Positions 63,060-64,000 of a stretch of 64,000 nucleotides of DNA are shown in pieces. Position 1 is the first letter of the stretch, and each line of letters opens with the position of its first letter. The stretch is taken from assembly GCF_004010195.1 (NCBI RefSeq), contig NC_057719.1, forward strand, positions 60,437,080 to 60,501,079. Direction: 5' to 3'. A program made the translations under genes and the position numbers. The notes below the pieces were generated by a model, which saw nothing but the letters and a program-made list of their open reading frames with translations, was not told where the DNA came from and did no database searches. This DNA is from Chiloscyllium plagiosum. Its lineage: Eukaryota.

Positions 63060-64000
63060 GAGTCATAGAGATACACAGCACGGAAACAGACCCTTTGGTT
63101 TAACTCGTCCATGCCAACCAGATATCCCAACCTAACCTATGCCAGCACCCGGCCATATCCCTCCAAACCCTTCCTATTCATATACCCATCCAAATGCCTT
63201 TTAAAAGTTGTAATTCTCCTAGCCTCCACCACTTCCTCTGGCAGCTCATTCCACACACGCACCACTCTCTGCGTGAAAAAGTTGCCCCTTAGGTCTCTTT
63301 TATAACTTTCCCCTCTCACCCTAAACCTATGCCTTCTAGTTCTGGACTCCCACACCGCAGGGAAAAGACTTTGTCTATTTATCCTATCCATGCCCTTCAT
63401 AATTTTATTAACTTCCATAAGGTCACCACTCAGCCTCCAACACTCCAGGGAAAACAGCCCCAGCCTGCTCAACCTCTCCCTATAGCTCATATCCTCCAAC
63501 CCTGGCAACATGCTTATAAATCTTTTCTGAACTCTTTCAAGTTTCACAACATCCTTCCGATATTCCAAAAGTGGCTGAACCAATGTCCTGTACAGCCGCA
63601 ACATGACCTCTCGACTTAGGGCCTGTGCCCGAAACGTCGAATCTCCTGTTCCCTGGATGCTGCCTAACCTGCTGTGCTGTTCCAGCAATAAAGTTTCAAC
63701 TCTCGACTCCAGTACTCAATACTCTGACCAATGAATGAAAGCATACCAAACACCTTCTTCACTAACCTATCTACCTGCGACTCCACTTTCAAGGAGCTAT
63801 GTATCTACACTCCAAGGTCTCTTTGTTCAGCAACACTCCCCAGGACCTTACCATTAAGTGTATAAGTCCTGCTAGGATTTGCTTTCCCAAAATGCAACAC
63901 CTCGCATTTATCTGAATTAAATTTGATCCGCCACTCCTAGCCCATTAACCCATCTGATCAAGATCCTGTTGTAATCTGAGGTAACCTTCTTCGTTGTCCA
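63060..64000 (-). mobile_element. HER1/CR1 3' part, runs off the window
   Basis: EVMLRLYRTLVQPLLEY...RGNFFTQRVVRVWNELPEEVVEA. Confidence 0.95.
63617..63699 (+). mobile_element. Short family A hammerhead-half unit with 9-bp TSD inserted in a young CR1
   Basis: agggc-ctgt-gccc-gaaacgtc-gaat; ctctcgact at 63608 and 63700. Confidence 0.88.

Noticed and set aside
1..64000. CRISPR arrays, operons or prokaryotic defence systems
   Set aside because: Eukaryotic intronic DNA; no regularly spaced repeat-spacer array and no intact long ORFs.

Overview
This is vertebrate genomic DNA, almost certainly from a shark. HE1-type V-SINEs, HER1/CR1 LINEs and the SINE tail style suggest a carpet or bamboo shark; the taxon is inferred. 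The only host coding sequence I can support is one 90-nt exon on the minus strand (61634-61723). It encodes [30 protein letters not shown], the PAS-A exon of the bHLH-PAS factor NPAS3/NPAS1, and the ORF track misses it. The rest appears to be intron, densely filled with decayed retroelements: a full-length Gmr1-type Gypsy element (gag-PR-INT-RT-RH order, both LTRs, 4-bp TSD), solo LTRs, CR1 and L2-group LINEs, eight HE1 SINEs, a pogo/Tigger-type MITE and at least three Penelope-like families. The most striking pattern is roughly 15-20 minimal hammerhead-ribozyme motifs in short Penelope-derived units. Several of these form head-to-head palindromes joined at the ribozyme and flanked by 13-16 bp target-site duplications. 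Two locally templated insertions sit inside one CR1 copy, and repeat-poor blocks are candidate NPAS enhancers. All calls were made by eye with no database search. Boundaries of old repeats are approximate.
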